Shown in pieces: positions 59,531-64,000 of a stretch of 64,000 bases of DNA; the stretch's first letter is position 1; each line of letters begins with the position of its first letter. The notes under the pieces are model-generated. The model searched no databases. It saw nothing but the letters and a program-made list of their open reading frames with translations, and was not told the origin of the DNA. The stretch is from the human T2T-CHM13v2.0 reference genome, Homo sapiens. The stretch lies in NCBI RefSeq assembly GCF_009914755.1, contig NC_060927.1, one strand, 5' to 3'. Made by a program: the position numbers and the translations under genes.

Positions 59531-62500
59531 TTTTTGTAAGGTTTCATAAATGTTTTTAGACAATACTTCACTGATAAATGGGAACGATCACATTTAACAA
59601 TCATTAGACATACAAATCTTACTGCTGTTGTTTAGCAAGAAAACCCCAAGATCGTCTTTGCTAGCCGATGTGTGCTCTGGGCTCTTTGGGCCTGGATAAG
59701 GAATAGCAGGGCCCAGCCCAGAGTCTGGAGGTGTGGTGAATCAGATAGGTTAGGGTGGGAGGTGAGACAGACCATGTTGGTTCCAGTGGAATTGGCTCCA
59801 GGGCTGGACTGGGCAGATAATTATTACTCCAAATTCCAGAGCCATCCAGTTCCTTTGGGAAACAAGGGCTTGGAGGGCTCAGATTTCCCCCAAATCCACT
59901 CAACTTGTCATAGATTGAGCTGAGATGGGACCCCAGATAGCCTGGCTGAGAGCCTGTCTTGTCTGTACTGCTTCCGTGTTCCCTTGCTGGTCTTCAATAG
60001 GGTCCCCAAAGTTCTTCTTGCCTGGAGGCCTGCAGCAGTGAGTCCTGACTGTCACCAGCATGGTCCCTCACAGGGTAGCCCCTCACCAGAGTTTAAAAGT
60101 CAGTCCCCTATGCAGTTAGACCTAATGCTACACCAGGGGGAAAATTCAAAAGAAAAAAATACACAATTTAGGCAACAGGGTTCCTAGCTGCATTACTGCT
60201 AGCAGCAGTTAGTTGCCTGATAGTTGAGAAATGGTTAGGCAAATATGGTAGAATATCACGTGCCCACGAACAGGGGTGAGCATTTGAAATAGGCGGATCC
60301 TAGACAGTGTCCACAAGGCAGCCTGCCAGGCATGGCCTGAAGTGCCAGGTTTGCTCCATGCAGTGTAAACACATTTGTGTACAATGGCAAGCGCTAGGAG
60401 TGGCTTAAAAAGAGGTGACTTTGGGGTTTATTGGATTCTTTTATTTTTCTCCTATAAAGTTGTTTACATATATAATAGGAGTCAGATTAGAGATGAATTT
60501 ATAGTTTCAGATATAAGAAGAAAAGATTTTGCTCCCACAAATCTGTGGATGCGTATTTACTAACTCCTCCCTGTCTCCACACAAAAAAAGGGGGCGGGGA
60601 TGCATCAGGATGCCTATCTTTATGATTTAGCTCCGAGCTTAGCACCATGAACAGCAGCTGTGGTGCCTAGAGTCCGACAGGGCCTCAGTTGTTCTTTCAT
60701 CCTCAGAATTGGGGGGTGGATGCAGAGGTGGGTCAGGGATTAGGCTTGAATCCCCAAAACCAATGTGTATTGGGCTTTCCTTCCAAAAGGGACTCCCAGC
60801 ATGCGTTGGGAGAAGAGGACACAGCCTCCCCTGACCTCTGCAGGAGGCACCTGCCCCACAGGCACAGGCATGGGGCCGCTCCCAGGCTTCCACCTGAGCA
60901 CCCTGTCCTGTTTGCTTATTTGTTCATTTATTCATGCATTCCCTCATCTGCTGAGCACTCTGTGCCATGCTATGGGCTAGGGACACAAAATGAGAAGATT
61001 CCATTCCTGGCTAAGGTCCTCTATGAACTTCATCTTGAAACGTGTCTTCTGTTCCCCACCTTACCTGGTGGTTTTCAGGCTCTTCTTGCCTGATTTTTCC
61101 TTTTCTCCCTCCTCCCCAGCTCCATCATCTGTGGATTAATGTGAAGTGTAGACCATGCCAACTTTTCTGGGACAGCACATTCAGAGCCTCCTGTCCCATG
61201 GTGGGGCCTGTGTCTGGTCCTCTTGGAGAGCAGAGAGCAGAGGGTCTTGAGTGGGCTGCCTCTGATCCCAATATGCCTGGAGTTGGCCACCAGGTGCTAG
61301 TGCAATACAGTGGCTGCAGTTCAGCAGCTGGTGGGGGAGGGGGATGCTGATGGCCCCAGTGGCCTGTGACTAGACCATGGTGTCAGCTGTGGCCCCAGAC
61401 AGGAAACATGAGAAAAGATGATCCTTTGGGACCAGCTGACAGATAAAATGCCACATGCACAAGGAACTAAATAAGGGCCGACTCTGCTGAGGCCCGGAAG
61501 TTCTGCTGCAGGAAGAGGGAAGGGAGGCTCACGGGGATCCTCTCCTGATGCCCAGGTGGCTGCCTCTCTCTAGGCTGCACTTTTTCCAGCTGTGAAATGA
61601 GGTTGTTGGGATGGGGGGGGTCCTTTGTAAGGTCCGCGGTGTAACTCATTTCTTGCAGAGAATTTTGAATGCCTTTGCCTCTTCACAGCATCCTGCTTCA
61701 GACACTTGACCTGTGGCGTGGGTGTTATTATTTCCCACCTCCCAGATGAAGAAACAGAGGCACAGAGAAGTAACTTCCCAAGGTCACACAGTGGATCTGT
61801 AGAGGACCCAGGATGTAGGCCCAGTTCTGTCTGACCCAAAGTCTATTTCTTTTAGACACTTTTATACTCACTCTGGTACCCTGGATTCTCTGGCCTGGAA
61901 GGCACTGGCGAAAGCTCATCTTGCACAAGCCCCTTATTTGTCAAAAATGATGAAAGAAGCTCAGAGAGGTGAAGCAACTAAAACCCGGACCCTCTCACCC
62001 CTAGGCCAGGACTTTTATTTAGAGGCTTTTTCCATTTAAGTAGTGAATTTATTCTTAAATAGGTAATTCATGCACATGGTGCTAAATTCTGATGATGTAA
62101 AAGGAAATACAGAGAAAAGCAAGCATCCTTCTCCCACTCCTGAGCCTGTAATCATAGGGCCTAGGGCTTCTCTGCAGACAGAACCCAGCCAAGACTTTTC
62201 GTAAATGCCATGTGCACTTCAGGGCTTGGTTTGTTCTATTATATTTAGGGATGCGGTGCTGAGATGCTTGCCTGCAGAACAGCAAAAACCTCTGACTTCA
62301 TTATTGTTATTCAGAGTAACCAGGGTCATTGCTCTCTGGCTTGCCTTAAAGCCAGCAAAGGCAATTGCCCATCCCTGGGCTTTTGGTCTGGAAGAGACCG
62401 TTGGCATCATTATTCAGCCCCCTCACTTTTCAGGTAAGGAGCTAATGAAGACAACATTCCCAGTGACACACGGCAAGTTACTGTGGTGTTGGGGTTTCAG

Positions 62501-62896
62501 TGTCAGGAGTCTCCTCTCTTCCTCTGGCATTTCTGCTACTATGCCAGGCTGGCTCCTTTCAGTAGACATAACATCATTGAAAAATACCACAAGTGCCCCT
62601 GTGGAGAGCAGAGCAGATAGCCATTAAAATTACAAAAGCTTATGCTTTTTGGCCCAACATTTCCACTTCAAGGCATTCAATTCTTCCTATAGATACACTC
62701 ATGTGAGGGTAAAATGATCTCTGTATAACCTTATTCTTTGCAACACTGATTGTAATAAGGAAATATTGGAAGCAACCCAGATGCCTATGGGTGGGAGGTG
62801 AGTTACATAAATTAGGGACCATCCACACAAACAGAATATGTGCAGCTGTGAAAAGACTGGGCCACCTCTCCATGTGCAATAGGAACAGCTCCATCT

Positions 62897-63030
62897 TGCC
62901 AGGCGTGGTGGCTCACACCTGTAATCCCAGTACTTTGGGAGGTGAAGGTGGGGCGGATCCCTTGAGCCTAGGCATTCCAGACCAGCCTGGGCAATGCAGT
63001 GATATGCTCTCATTGTGTAAATAAAACAAA
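62897..63030 (+). mobile_element. Alu left monomer inside an old L1M fragment; its A tail is the PPIA retrocopy target
   Basis: single arm followed by A-rich tract. Confidence 0.75.
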
Positions 63031-63048
63031 ATAATACATTATTTGCTT

Positions 63049-63802
63049 TGCAGATGCCACTGCCGCCAGGAGCCCTGTAACATCAGCCATCGTCAACCCC
63101 ACCGTGTTCTTCAACATCACCGTTGACGGCAAGCCTTTAGACCTGCGTCTCCTTCAAGCTGTTTGCAGACAAGGTTCCAAAGCCAGCAGAAAACTTTTGT
63201 ACTCTGAGCACTGGAGAGAAAGGATTTGGTTATAAGAGTTCCTGCTTTCACAGAATTATTCCAGGGTTTATGTGTCAGGGTGGTGACTTCATACGCCATA
63301 ATGGCACTGGTGGCAAGTCCATCTATGGGGAGAAATTTGATGATGAGAACTTCATCCTAAAGCATACAGGTCCTGGCATGTTGTCCATGGCAAATGCTGG
63401 ACCCAATACAAATGGTTCCCAGTTTTTAATCTGCACTGCCAAGACTGAGTGGTTGGATGGCAAGCTTGTGGTCTTTGGCAAGGTGAAGGCATGAATATTG
63501 TGGAGGCCATGGAGTGCTTTGTGTCCAGGAATGGCAAGACCGGCCAGAAGATCACCATTGCTGACTGTGGACAGCTCTTATAAGTTTGACTTGTGTTTTA
63601 TCTTAACCACCAGACCATTCCTTCTGTAGCTCAGGGGAGCACCCTCCACCCCATTTGCTCCCAGTAACCTAGAATCTTTGTGCTCTCGCTGCGGTTCCCT
63701 TTGGGTTCCATGTTTTCCTTGTTCCCTTCCATGCCTAGCTGGATTGCAGAGTTAAGTTTATGATTATGAAATAAAAACTAAATAACAAAATAATAATAAT
63801 AG
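63049..63802 (+). pseudogene. PPIA (cyclophilin A) processed pseudogene
   Basis: intronless PPIA mRNA copy: start mutated to ATC at 63089, frameshifts, MCQGGDF...GPNTNGSQF fragment, 3' UTR with AATAAA 63770-63775, A-rich tail; 14-bp TSD tacattatttgctt at 63035-63048 and 63803-63816. Confidence 0.96.
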
Positions 63803-64000
63803 TACATTATTTGCTTCTCAGTGCATACAACATCTCTGGAAAGATCTAAAAGAAACTGGTAGTAGGATTCAACAAGGTGGACAGGGGGCATTTTTTTCCA
63901 TTTTGAACCATGTGGATGCATTATATATTCAAAATGTAAAACAAAAAACTCACAAGCATCTCTTACTTTTTCAACTTGAAGAAAAGAGAAGAAGAAGAAA

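Noticed and set aside
63270-63494. 74-aa cyclophilin ORF
   Set aside because: Internal fragment of a pseudogene with mutated start and frameshifts; fold incomplete

Overview
Primate, most likely human, genomic DNA matching the KIF15-TMEM42-TGM4 neighbourhood (recalled as chr3p21.31). The + strand carries the last 19 coding exons of KIF15 (511-42454). They splice in frame to 731 aa plus stop, which is residues 658-1388 if the full protein is 1388 aa. Next comes the complete 3-exon TMEM42 gene (159 aa) with its CpG-island promoter overlapped by MIR564, then intergenic DNA ending in a PPIA processed pseudogene, probably just upstream of TGM4 (outside the window). The rest is mainly transposon-derived: a full-length antisense L1PA with an SVA in its inter-ORF spacer and an apparent 3' transduction, an HNRNPA1 retrocopy with two nested insertions, a HERV-H provirus lacking its 5' LTR, and many Alu/LTR/DNA-transposon relics. 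I see no new protein-coding system. The best leads are RNA-level or retrotransposition signals: a ~180-bp non-Alu intronic inverted repeat, an L1 antisense promoter pointing into the KIF15 tail exons, a recursive-splicing-type exon and a candidate poison exon in TMEM42, and the headless HERV-H next to the TMEM42 CpG island. Coordinates were counted by eye. Repeat subfamily names and comparisons to reference sequences are from memory, not from a search.
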